From NCBI GenBank assembly GCA_039208735.1, contig JBCCQY010000070.1:1-42391 (forward strand): a stretch of DNA of 42,391 nucleotides, given 5' to 3'. The first letter of the stretch is position 1. Each line of letters begins with the position of its first letter. Positions 26,418 through 35,392 of the stretch are shown here, one piece after another. Below the pieces are notes generated by a model, which saw nothing but the letters and a program-made list of their open reading frames with translations, was not told where the DNA came from and did no database searches. A program made the translations under genes and the position numbers. The DNA comes from Myxococcota bacterium (GTDB lineage: Bacteria; Myxococcota_A; UBA796; GCA-2862545).

Positions 26418-27308
26418 ATGACCGCACTCTCTATTGGACTCGTATGCGACCTCGGGGTCGGGGAACGCTTCGGGGGGCGCAAGCGCAACGAGGATAATTA
26501 CCTCGTTTGCCACGAAGGCCTTGTTCGGTACCGGCTTGAACAATCCGAACAGCGTCTCATCCAATGGGGTGAGGGGACACTAGTGGCGGTTTGTGACGGC
26601 ATGGGCGGCCACGAGGACGGGGATGTCGCGTCCGCCGCGGCGGTTCAGGTCCTTGCCAAGCTGTACCGACCTGGCCATCCCCGAAATCCCGAGCACGTCT
26701 TGCAGAACTACGTGCACAAGGCCCATCGTCAGCTCTATGACGCGGTCTCTGAGGACGGCCCGGTGTCGATGGGAACCACCGTGACGGTGGCATGGTTCAT
26801 CGGCGACGTGTTGTACTGGGTCAACGTCGGAGATTCGAGGTTGTACCTGTGGCGGTCAGGGCGTATTCAGCAAATGACCGTCGATCAGACCCGCAATGCG
26901 TTTGCCCTTCGTGACGGCAAGAGCGAGACGCCAGACGGGCATCACCTGGTCCAAAACTTCATCTACGGCTCTCGCGGGCTTGGGGACAACACACAACTGA
27001 GGATCGAGTCCGGTCAAGACACCGGCGCGATTCAGCTGCTGCCGGGGGACCGGGTGTTGCTGTGTTCCGACGGGCTCACCAAGGCCGTGGTCGACAATCA
27101 GCTGTCCCGAATCCTCTCCGATCGGGGGGCGCCTCAACCCACCGCAGAGCAGCTCACCGACCTGGCGAAGCGGCTCGGTAGCCGCGACAACATCACGACG
27201 TTGCTGCTCGACGTCGATGAAGACGACTCAGACCCGGTGAGCGAAGAGAACACCGACGACTTGCCCACCGTGGTGGATCGCGACGGAACGGGTCGCTCAC
27301 GCTTCTGA
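26418..27308 (+). CDS. PP2C-family Ser/Thr phosphatase
   Basis: RKRNED, VCDGMGGH, MGTT, NVGDSR, LCSDGL, DN. Confidence 0.93.
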   Translation: MTALSIGLVCDLGVGERFGGRKRNEDNYLVCHEGLVRYRLEQSEQRLIQWGEGTLVAVCDGMGGHEDGDVASAAAVQVLAKLYRPGHPRNPEHVLQNYVHKAHRQLYDAVSEDGPVSMGTTVTVAWFIGDVLYWVNVGDSRLYLWRSGRIQQMTVDQTRNAFALRDGKSETPDGHHLVQNFIYGSRGLGDNTQLRIESGQDTGAIQLLPGDRVLLCSDGLTKAVVDNQLSRILSDRGAPQPTAEQLTDLAKRLGSRDNITTLLLDVDEDDSDPVSEENTDDLPTVVDRDGTGRSRF

Positions 27309-28619
27309 AGCTGCTTTCGCCTGGGCAATGCCTGCCTCTTCGTCGACCTGCCACAACAAGGCCATACCGGCCAGCAACAGCACCGAGATGGCCGCGACGC
27401 CGGCCCGCTGGTCACCCGTGATCGCGGTCATCGAGCCCATCGCGAGTGGCCCGATGAACGACGTAGCTTTGCCGGAGAAGGCAAAGAAGCCGAAGAATTC
27501 GTTTTCTTTGTCGGCAGGGACGATGCGCCCCATGAACGAACGGCTCGCCGACTGGTTCGGACCAACCCAGAGCCCCAAGAACAAAGCAGCGAGGAAGAAC
27601 TGCGTCTTGTCCTGGGCCAAGATGGTGCCGAACGTGGCGAAGAGCAGTCCCACGATAGAGAGGATGACGGTGCGTTTGCCGCCAACCACATCGTCCAGGA
27701 AGCCCATCGCGAAGGACCCTACGCCAGCCGCCACATTGAGGGCGATGCCAAAGTAGAGAAGCTCTTCGCTTGAAAAGCCAAACGTGACCGTAGCGTAGAT
27801 CCCGCCGAATGCGAAGATTGTGACGAGGCCATCGTTGTAAAGCAGACGGGCGATGAGGAAGCGCAGGACCTGGGGGTATCGCACGACCTCACGGTAGGTC
27901 TCGATAAGCTCTCCGAAGCTGCTTCGGATGAGCTGGCCCATGGGTAGCGATTCCTTCGGGGTGGAGCGGGACTCGCGCACGAAGAGGAACTGCGGCAGCG
28001 CGAAGATCAAGAACCAAGCGGCCACGAGCAGGTTCGTGGCCCGGATGTTGGCCCCGCTCTCCTGGTCGATCCCAAAGAACGCATCGGGGAGGACAAACCC
28101 CACCAGGCCCACGGCGAGAGCAAGCAGCCCGCCTAGGTAGCCCAACGCGTAGCCGAATCCCGAAATCTGGCCGACCTGATCGGGTCGATTGAGGTCGGGG
28201 AGAAACGCGTTGTAGAACACGAGGCCGGTTTCGAAGGCGGTGTTGGCCGCGAGGAACAGCATGATGCCGAGCACGATGTCGCCAGGACCCACCAAGGTGA
28301 GCAAGGCCGTTGCGGCGATGCAAACGAGCGAGCTGGCGATCAGAAACTCGCGCTTGTAGCCGCCGCGGTCGGCCACCGCGCCCAGCGGGGGCGAGACGAG
28401 AGCCACCGTGATGCCGGACACCGCGATGACGAACTGCCAGATCGTGTCGCCTCGAAGCGAGGCGTCTTCGGCGACCACACTCACGAAGTAGGTCGAGAAG
28501 ATGAACGTGAGGACCAAGGTAGGAAAGGCGGAGTTCGCGAAATCGTAGAGAATCCACGAGAACACGGCCAATCCGCCGGCACGCTCTTTGTCCGGCGAAG
28601 AAGCGGAAGGTTCGGTCAT
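27297..28619 (-). CDS. MFS transporter, UMF1/Atg22-like family
   Basis: W.LYDFANS, GAVADR, FYNAFLP, SGFGYALGYLGG, YNDG, QSASRS, FFGFF. Confidence 0.9.
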   Translation of the reverse strand: MTEPSASSPDKERAGGLAVFSWILYDFANSAFPTLVLTFIFSTYFVSVVAEDASLRGDTIWQFVIAVSGITVALVSPPLGAVADRGGYKREFLIASSLVCIAATALLTLVGPGDIVLGIMLFLAANTAFETGLVFYNAFLPDLNRPDQVGQISGFGYALGYLGGLLALAVGLVGFVLPDAFFGIDQESGANIRATNLLVAAWFLIFALPQFLFVRESRSTPKESLPMGQLIRSSFGELIETYREVVRYPQVLRFLIARLLYNDGLVTIFAFGGIYATVTFGFSSEELLYFGIALNVAAGVGSFAMGFLDDVVGGKRTVILSIVGLLFATFGTILAQDKTQFFLAALFLGLWVGPNQSASRSFMGRIVPADKENEFFGFFAFSGKATSFIGPLAMGSMTAITGDQRAGVAAISVLLLAGMALLWQVDEEAGIAQAKAASEA

Positions 28620-28622
28620 GCG

Positions 28623-30005
28623 TCAGCTGCCCCAGGTGGACATGGCGACGTAGCCGACGATGACTCCCGCGGCCGCTACCAAGAAGGCGAACACGACGAA
28701 GGCGGCCACCGTAAGTGTGGATGGACCCTGTTTTTGGACAGGGGGAAGCCCTTGGTGGTTCGACACCGGGGTCGGTTCGTGGACGGAATGGAGCCCCGAC
28801 AGGGTGCGGGGCCCTGAGTTCGCCAGCACGCGGTACGAGCCGGTGTAGCTCGTCAGCACACTCGGGGGGTGAACGCCCGAGGAGGAGGTCGTTGCCGGCG
28901 GGCTTTCGAGGCTCGTTGGCCACGCGGCGTTGATCTCGGTCGGATCGACCTCTTCGCCGCCACCGATCGCCAGTCCGTCCTGGCTCGAGAGCACCGCCGG
29001 GGGGCGTTTGGGGCGGGGCGGCGCGGGAACGTTGGTCAAGGCCTCGTCGCCTTCGAGGTCACTGGAGCCCACCAAGGTCGCGTCACCCTCGTCGACCAGC
29101 GTGACCGCGGCGGGACGGTGTTTGGGGTTGAGCACGAGCGTCTGGTCAAACCACCGCTCGACCTCGGGAGACCGACGACCCCGCGATCGATGCGCCAGCG
29201 CGAGCACCCAGTCGTCGAGGCAGCGCTTGGGATCGGCAGGATCGGTCAGTCGGACCAGGGGTTCGCCTTCGACCATCCACCACAACAAGGCACCGATCGC
29301 AAAGACGTCGGCGGCGGGGCCTGTCGGTTGTGGGCTGAATTGCTCGGGGGCGGCAAACTCAGGGTTTCCTGCACCAGAAACCAGAGCGCCGGCCAACCCA
29401 AAATCCGCGAGTCGGCAATGGGGCACGGTCTGTGCGTTGACCTTGGTTTCGAGCACCACGTTGTGGGGGGTCAGGTCACGATGGGCCACGCCATGGCGGT
29501 GAGTGACGGCCAGGGCCCGCGCGATTTGAGTAGCGATCCCGAGTGCGACGTTGTCGGACAACGGGCCGTGACGCGCCACGTGGGCCGCGAGCGTGCCTCC
29601 CGCTTCGTAGCGCGTGACGAGATAGGGCTCGTGGCCCGTGCGGTGGACAAAGCCACGGAGCTGCACGATGTGCCGGTGCGACAGCTGTTGCAGCACCTGG
29701 GCCTCGGTCGCAAGTTGCCGCAGGAAGGGGCCTTCGGCGTGCGAAGGAAAGAGCACTTTGATGGCCAGCCGTGGCTCGATGGGGGAGTGGTCAGGCCCGA
29801 GTTGGCAGGCGAGGTAGGTGGGCCCCGCCGATCCAACCGCCAGCATGCGCTCGATGCGGTAGTGGCGATCGAGCACCTCGCCCGTCTCGAAGACCCACGC
29901 CCAGCCCGCCGCCGGACGTGGGGCGTCGCACGATGGACACGCGGTCGGACCGGGCTGGGACGCCTCGCCCTGATGCAGGCAACGAGGGCAAATCCAGCGT
30001 TTCAC
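28623..30005 (-). CDS. Membrane-anchored Hanks-type Ser/Thr kinase (atypical) with N-terminal zinc ribbon
   Basis: CPRC..CPSC; AIK, E, HRDLTPHN, DFG, APE, DVF; C-terminal TM helix. Confidence 0.88.
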   Translation of the reverse strand: MKRWICPRCLHQGEASQPGPTACPSCDAPRPAAGWAWVFETGEVLDRHYRIERMLAVGSAGPTYLACQLGPDHSPIEPRLAIKVLFPSHAEGPFLRQLATEAQVLQQLSHRHIVQLRGFVHRTGHEPYLVTRYEAGGTLAAHVARHGPLSDNVALGIATQIARALAVTHRHGVAHRDLTPHNVVLETKVNAQTVPHCRLADFGLAGALVSGAGNPEFAAPEQFSPQPTGPAADVFAIGALLWWMVEGEPLVRLTDPADPKRCLDDWVLALAHRSRGRRSPEVERWFDQTLVLNPKHRPAAVTLVDEGDATLVGSSDLEGDEALTNVPAPPRPKRPPAVLSSQDGLAIGGGEEVDPTEINAAWPTSLESPPATTSSSGVHPPSVLTSYTGSYRVLANSGPRTLSGLHSVHEPTPVSNHQGLPPVQKQGPSTLTVAAFVVFAFLVAAAGVIVGYVAMSTWGS

Positions 30006-30036
30006 GAGCGCTCCCTCACCCCCGACTGCGCAGGGA

Positions 30037-30327
30037 TCAGTCGTTCGGTGTCACCGCGGACTCGAGGCGCTTTACCCCGGCGTCAGGGTCCTTTTCGAAG
30101 TGGGTGGCGCAGGTCTCCGAGCAAAAGTGAAGCTCGAAGCCTTCGTGCTGGACTGCGTGAGCCGGGTCGCCTTCCATGCCGAGGCCGCACCCTGAGCACT
30201 GAGAGACCGTCTTGTCGATCGTGCCGTCCACTTTATCAGCAGCCGACAACACCGCTTTGGCAGAGGCTGGTTGGGGCGACGACGTTGACGTACCGCAAGC
30301 CCAAAGCAGGGCCATCATGAACCACAT
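30037..30327 (-). CDS. YHS/TRASH-like metal-binding lipoprotein
   Basis: Lipobox LWAC; CSGCGLGM...HEG..LHFCSETC...F..DP. Confidence 0.75.
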   Translation of the reverse strand: MWFMMALLWACGTSTSSPQPASAKAVLSAADKVDGTIDKTVSQCSGCGLGMEGDPAHAVQHEGFELHFCSETCATHFEKDPDAGVKRLESAVTPND

Positions 30328-30346
30328 GGCCCGCTGCGTAACCCGT

Positions 30347-31459
30347 TCAAGCGAGTGGATCATCGAGTCGCATGGCCGCGACCAACGCCCGGTTTGATGG
30401 ATCGGTGAGGATCGAAGGGTCGACCGGCGCCTGTCCACCCAACGGGGGCAGCCAAAACCGCTCTCGAAGAGCGTGAATGCGAGCTTCACTGCGAATACAT
30501 GCCACCTCGACGGACCGGCTGCGTTCTTGCGCCCGCACCAAAGCTTCGAACAAGGCGACTTGTCGTTCGGGTTCTTTGCCTACGACAAACAGATCCACGG
30601 TGGCTTCGCTAAGCCGGTAGACCTGTTCCTCGATCGACATCCGATCGCGCACCGCGGACATCACGAGGTCGTCGCTACACACCGCTCCGTCGTAGTTCAG
30701 GCGACGACGAAGCCACTGGGGCACCACCCGAGAGGAAAAGGTGACCGGCAGTTCGGCATCCACGTCCTGCAGCAGGACGTGCGCGGTCATGACGAACGCA
30801 ACCTCTGCCTCGACGGCCGCCGCAAAGGGACGTAGGGCGGCGTCTGCCCATTGGTTGGGGTCGCCGGTGCGCACCGGCAGCGCTCGGTGGCTATCGACGT
30901 CGGAATCACCATGCCCCGGGAAGTGCTTGGCGCAGGCCATGACGCCTTGGGCCTGGTGGGCGCGAATGAACGCGCCGACCGCCTCCGCCACGCGGGCCGG
31001 ATGGCGGCCGAATGCACGATCGCCAATCGGGCTCTGGTCGCCGGCAAGCAGTTCGGCGACCGGAGCAAAGTTCAGGTGAAACCCGAGCGCGCGCAGCTGT
31101 CGGGCGATCGCACGCGCCACGTCGGGCGTGTGGTGGGGGACTCGACCTAGCGTCGCCATGGGCGGCCACTCGGCGCCGAGGGCGGTGAGGCGCTGGACCC
31201 GTCCACCTTCCTGGTCGATGGCCAAGATCGGTGGACGATGGGCGTCCACGAGGCTGCGAAGCTCTGCACCGAGGTCGTGCACCTGCTCCACTTCGGCGAT
31301 GTTGTGGCCAAAGAACAGAAACCCCGCGGGTTGGAGCAGCGCAATGCGCTTGCGCAGATCGTCATGTGCCGTGAGCCCGGTGAATCCCACCAAGAGCCGC
31401 TGCCCCGCGCGGCGCTTGCGGTCGGCGAGCGACGTCGTTTCGCCGATGGCCATGCTCAT
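30347..31459 (-). CDS. nagZ: GH3 beta-N-acetylhexosaminidase
   Basis: IDQEGGRVQR, NFAPV, KHFPGHG..DSH, MTAH, SDDL.M. Confidence 0.92.
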   Translation of the reverse strand: MSMAIGETTSLADRKRRAGQRLLVGFTGLTAHDDLRKRIALLQPAGFLFFGHNIAEVEQVHDLGAELRSLVDAHRPPILAIDQEGGRVQRLTALGAEWPPMATLGRVPHHTPDVARAIARQLRALGFHLNFAPVAELLAGDQSPIGDRAFGRHPARVAEAVGAFIRAHQAQGVMACAKHFPGHGDSDVDSHRALPVRTGDPNQWADAALRPFAAAVEAEVAFVMTAHVLLQDVDAELPVTFSSRVVPQWLRRRLNYDGAVCSDDLVMSAVRDRMSIEEQVYRLSEATVDLFVVGKEPERQVALFEALVRAQERSRSVEVACIRSEARIHALRERFWLPPLGGQAPVDPSILTDPSNRALVAAMRLDDPLA

Positions 31460-31878
31460 CCGTGCGCATCTCCGTCGGGGTACTCGGCCAACTCGATGAG
31501 CACCCCACCCGCGGACTTCGGATGGATGAACATCACGCGGGTGCCGTGGGCTCCGGGTGTGGGAGCATCGGTGGTGAAGCGCCAGCCCTTCTCGCGAAGG
31601 CGGGCCGCGTCTGCATCGAGATCGTCAGTGCGAAAGCACAGGTGGTGCAGTCCAGGACCCCGCTTTTCGAGCGACTTCTTGACGGGGCCTTGGCCGTCCA
31701 GTGGGGTGATCAACTCGACATTGGTGGGTCCGGCCACCGGCAGGAACGCCGTCCGGGTCTGGGCCGACGTCACGTCTTCAACATGGTCGAGCGCGATGCC
31801 GAGGTCGTTCGCAAACCGCGTGATGGCCTCGTCGAGGTCTGGCACGGCGATCGCAATGTGATCGAGCGAGCGAATCAT
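31456..31878 (-). CDS. mce: Methylmalonyl-CoA epimerase (VOC family)
   Basis: DHIAIAV, ELI.P, GPGLHHLC, GAHG...FIHPK..GGVLIEL. Confidence 0.9.
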   Translation of the reverse strand: MIRSLDHIAIAVPDLDEAITRFANDLGIALDHVEDVTSAQTRTAFLPVAGPTNVELITPLDGQGPVKKSLEKRGPGLHHLCFRTDDLDADAARLREKGWRFTTDAPTPGAHGTRVMFIHPKSAGGVLIELAEYPDGDAHG

Positions 31879-31891
31879 AGGGTCTCCCGAA

Positions 31892-32533
31892 TCAATGAAG
31901 GGTGTGTTCAGACTCCGCGATGCCCGGGTAGGCCTCGGACAGCCATCGCCACACCAAGATGTGCAGCGCACCATGAACGGGGACGGGAATGACGTCGCCC
32001 GCCTCTGGGGTCTCGGCGTGCCAGGCGGCTTCGTCAAGGCTGATGCCGGTACCGACTTCCACCAACTCCACGATGCGTTCGTGCTGGGCGTCCCAGCGAT
32101 CGTCGTGGCCCGGCCGCTGCACCGCGATGACCGACCACAGCCGCTTGTGAATCTCGTCGTGCTGGCCGTGTTCGCGGGCTCGTCCGAGGGCTCCGGCAAT
32201 CCGGATCCGATCTTGGTCGTCGGACAGCCGCATCCACAACGAGGAACGGTTGACCTGCCCAAAGCCCGCGAGCATGACGTCCGCTTGGGCGCGAACGCTC
32301 ACCTCGAACAGCACATCCACCATGCGCGTCAACGCAGTCGACGACGTCAATTCGAGTTGGGCTTTGAGGGAGGCGTTGGCCGGGGAGGCCACGAAACGAA
32401 CCGGCAGGGCCCGGAGGGTCACGCTGTCATCGCCGTCGACCGCAAAGGGCTCTCCGCGCTCGGTAAGCCACTCTCCCAGCGTATCGAGTGGAGGAGGGGG
32501 GCTCGTCGAGGGGAACGTCACCGTGAACGCCAT
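31892..32533 (-). CDS. Hypothetical protein
   Basis: 213-aa ORF with GGAG RBS inside a tight minus-strand operon. Confidence 0.7.
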   Translation of the reverse strand: MAFTVTFPSTSPPPPLDTLGEWLTERGEPFAVDGDDSVTLRALPVRFVASPANASLKAQLELTSSTALTRMVDVLFEVSVRAQADVMLAGFGQVNRSSLWMRLSDDQDRIRIAGALGRAREHGQHDEIHKRLWSVIAVQRPGHDDRWDAQHERIVELVEVGTGISLDEAAWHAETPEAGDVIPVPVHGALHILVWRWLSEAYPGIAESEHTLH

Positions 32534-32555
32534 CGTTGCTCCGCGCTGTGCGCCC

Positions 32556-33428
32556 TCATCCAGACGAGGTCCTTAGTCGCCGACCCCGGTGTTCCCGGAA
32601 GTCATCTCCGAGCACCGCTACGAAACGTGCGGTTTCTCGAAGTCGACTGTAGACCCGGTCGCCGACTCGATCCGCCAGCGACTCCCTTGCCGCAATGCCC
32701 GCCTGGACCGCCGCGGCATTGGCAACGGCGCGTCCCAGCGCGGGGCCGGGGTGGTAATTCGTCGTCGCAAGGAGAGGGCGCATCGCGTTGTACCGGCGCG
32801 ACACAATCTCGTCCAGCACCGTTCCTTCGAATTCGGTGTTCCGTCCCTTGCCCAGCTCATCGATGGCCAAAATGTCGACGTCGACCAATGGATCGATGAG
32901 GCTCGCCATGCCGCGGCCGTGATCGAACCCCGCCTTGAGATCGGCGAGCAGATGCGTGAATTCCACGAATCGAGCGCGCACCCCTCGCGTGAGGACGAGT
33001 TCGCGAAGCAAGGCCACGAGCAGATGGGTTTTGCCGCGACCTACCTCGCCATGAAGCACCAGGCTTCCAGGGCGCTCTTCGGGATCGAAGGCCGAGAGGT
33101 AGGCGCTGACCTGCTTCATGACCTCGTGCTGCACACGGCCCGTCACCACGAAGCTGCCCAGCGTGCTTTGCGCATATCGGCCGGGGATCCCAACCGCATC
33201 GAAGGCCCGCATGCGAGCACGCACCCGTTGGCAAACGCACCGCCGCCGTGGCGCGCGAAACCCAGCTTCCGTCGCCACGAGTCCGGTCCCCTTGCACAAG
33301 GGACACGGCCCCAAGCACGAACACTCCACCGCCACCGCGTACTCGCCCTTGCGAGCGACGGCGGCTCCGAGCCCCCGGCAGTTAGGGCAATCCGGCTTGG
33401 CACCGGGATGTCGGAGTTCCTCCATCAT
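32556..33428 (-). CDS. DnaC/DnaI/IstB-like AAA+ ATPase with N-terminal Cys-rich zinc motifs
   Basis: CPNC..CSC..CPLC..CVC; Walker A GEVGRGKTHL; Walker B ILAIDELG; RY, TTNY, RVYSRL.E. Confidence 0.88.
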   Translation of the reverse strand: MMEELRHPGAKPDCPNCRGLGAAVARKGEYAVAVECSCLGPCPLCKGTGLVATEAGFRAPRRRCVCQRVRARMRAFDAVGIPGRYAQSTLGSFVVTGRVQHEVMKQVSAYLSAFDPEERPGSLVLHGEVGRGKTHLLVALLRELVLTRGVRARFVEFTHLLADLKAGFDHGRGMASLIDPLVDVDILAIDELGKGRNTEFEGTVLDEIVSRRYNAMRPLLATTNYHPGPALGRAVANAAAVQAGIAARESLADRVGDRVYSRLRETARFVAVLGDDFREHRGRRLRTSSG

Positions 33429-34084
33429 GCGGTCTCCACGCAATCCCATAGCGTCGCGACCGAGAGGATCGGCCAGCGGGAACGGTGCACGTCGTGAGCC
33501 GTCTCGTCGAGCAGGGCGGCGGCCGTGGTTTCGTCGACCGCGTCAAGCAAATCTCCGAGTTGGCCTCGCGCGGTCTCGATCAAGGTTTGCTGACCTTCCT
33601 CGCCCAGCTCCTGCCACGTTCGGTCGAGGAAGCGGTGGACGTGATCAAGGGCTCGGGTCACCGCAGGTTCCCCCACGCCCTGCACCGACGCAAGGCCACG
33701 TGCGAGCTCGTCGGTGGCCGGTGAGGGCGTGTGCGCCAACACCAAAAGGATGGGAGCAAACGGTCCATCGTAGCTGTCGTCGGCGGCCAGCGGCGGAAGC
33801 GGAGCGCTCGTGGTGGGCCGCCCAAGGTGGCGATTGGCGTGCGAGAGCCGAAGTGGAACCTTGCTTCGACGGCGACGTCGGGCCTCGGCGGCGCGTTCCA
33901 ACGCCAGTAGGATCGCGGTGGTCGACACCCCACCCTCGAACCACCGCATCAGTTGCATGGCATCCGCAGAAGACAGAAAGGGTGCACCACCCCGCAAGGC
34001 ACACAGATGGACCCGTACGGTTTCCGCCGCCTCCTTGAAGGCGTCGGGGACCGAGGGGTTCGGTTCGTAGAAGGTCCGAGGCAT
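33425..34084 (-). CDS. Hypothetical helical protein coupled to the DnaC-like ATPase
   Basis: ATGA-type 4-bp overlap with the ATPase gene; LSSAD...RW..GGV....IL.AL segment is DnaD/DnaB_2-like. Confidence 0.65.
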   Translation of the reverse strand: MPRTFYEPNPSVPDAFKEAAETVRVHLCALRGGAPFLSSADAMQLMRWFEGGVSTTAILLALERAAEARRRRRSKVPLRLSHANRHLGRPTTSAPLPPLAADDSYDGPFAPILLVLAHTPSPATDELARGLASVQGVGEPAVTRALDHVHRFLDRTWQELGEEGQQTLIETARGQLGDLLDAVDETTAAALLDETAHDVHRSRWPILSVATLWDCVETA

Positions 34085-34204
34085 CGCCGGCTCCGAGCCT
34101 GACCGGTAGCGCGAGCACCCGCGGTCCGCACACCGGTTTGACGGGCGGGCGTTTCGCATCGGTTAGGATCGGCCGTCCGCCAGGGTGGCGGCATCGGAGG
34201 GCGC

Positions 34205-35392
34205 GTGACGATCGGAATCTGGGCCATTCTCGGGGGATTGTGCAGCCCCGCCATCGCTCAGGACTTCGACGATCTCGAGGACTTCGAGTTCGACGAGCCG
34301 GCCGATCCGCCCGAAAAGCCAAAGGACGACGACGAAAAGACGTCATCCGAGGAAGAAGAAGAGCCCGCCCCTGAACCGCCCATCGACGATGATGAGATTC
34401 TCGACGACGAGGAGATTCTCGACTTCGAAGACGAAGAAGGTCCTGAAATCGACCTTCTCGAAGACGACCCCGACGAGCAAGTCGAGGGCGATGACGACAC
34501 CGAGGCGACCTTCCGCGACACTCTGTCCAGGTCCGAGCGTCTGGCGCCGGATGCCGCGATTCAGGAGTGGGAAGCCTACCTCGAAAAGTACCCGAAGACC
34601 CTTTATCGTCAGCAGATCGAAGAGCAGATCGAATTGCTGTTCGATCGGCTCTACGCCGAGGGACGCGAGAGTCCCGAGGAAGAAGGCGGGGTCGTCGATG
34701 CGATGCGTCAGGAAATCGAGTTCAGCCAAGGCCTGCTTCTCGACAACATCAATCCCCGTACTCGCCTACAGCTTGCTCTGACGTTCGGTCCACCGACCTA
34801 TCTCGACCTTACGGCCGACTTTGAAGCTGCACTCTCGCGCCGATTCTCCCTTCACGGAGGCGTGCGGCGCCGCTTCAGTGGCTTTGGAATCGAGTTCGGT
34901 CCTCGCTACGCCCTCGTGAAATCCGCCAAGACCGACACGTTGGTCACGGTGTCGTTCGACACGCGATTGACGATCAACCCGTTGTATCCTTCCTTTCGGC
35001 CGGTCCTGGGCTTCGGGCAAAAGCTGGGCGACAGCTTCCAATTCCAGCTTCAGGTCGGGTCGGACCTCGACCTTCGCCAAGTCGACGGTGTGGAGCTGCA
35101 GGCTCGGGTGACCGGAGGAGCCCAGGTTCAGTGGGCTGCGAGCGACCGGGTGTCTGTGTTTGCCGAGACGTTCTTGCTGTTCAAGCCCCAGCCGGCCGAT
35201 GGCTCGTTCGAAGGGGGGCTGTTCTCGTTCAATGTCGTCTCGGTGGGGCTGACGTTCTTCCCCGCCGTGAACGCCAAGAACCCCGACGAGCGCAACGTCG
35301 AGGCCAAGATCGGGGGAAGTGTGCCCGTGGCTCAGCGGTACTACCGTTATTACTTGGGCTCGCTCAACGGGCAGTTCAACTACTTCCTTTAG
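34205..35392 (+). CDS. Probable outer-membrane beta-barrel protein with highly acidic N-terminus
   Basis: Signal peptide (AIA-Q), D/E-rich tract, short helical domain, then alternating amphipathic strands ending ...QFNYFL. Confidence 0.7.
   Translation: MTIGIWAILGGLCSPAIAQDFDDLEDFEFDEPADPPEKPKDDDEKTSSEEEEEPAPEPPIDDDEILDDEEILDFEDEEGPEIDLLEDDPDEQVEGDDDTEATFRDTLSRSERLAPDAAIQEWEAYLEKYPKTLYRQQIEEQIELLFDRLYAEGRESPEEEGGVVDAMRQEIEFSQGLLLDNINPRTRLQLALTFGPPTYLDLTADFEAALSRRFSLHGGVRRRFSGFGIEFGPRYALVKSAKTDTLVTVSFDTRLTINPLYPSFRPVLGFGQKLGDSFQFQLQVGSDLDLRQVDGVELQARVTGGAQVQWAASDRVSVFAETFLLFKPQPADGSFEGGLFSFNVVSVGLTFFPAVNAKNPDERNVEAKIGGSVPVAQRYYRYYLGSLNGQFNYFL

Noticed and set aside
28869..30320. 483-aa plus-strand ORF
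   Set aside because: Shadow of the kinase and YHS genes; no motifs.
32556..33428. IS21 element (IstB helper)
   Set aside because: No IstA DDE transposase or terminal repeats nearby; the gene is embedded in a housekeeping operon.
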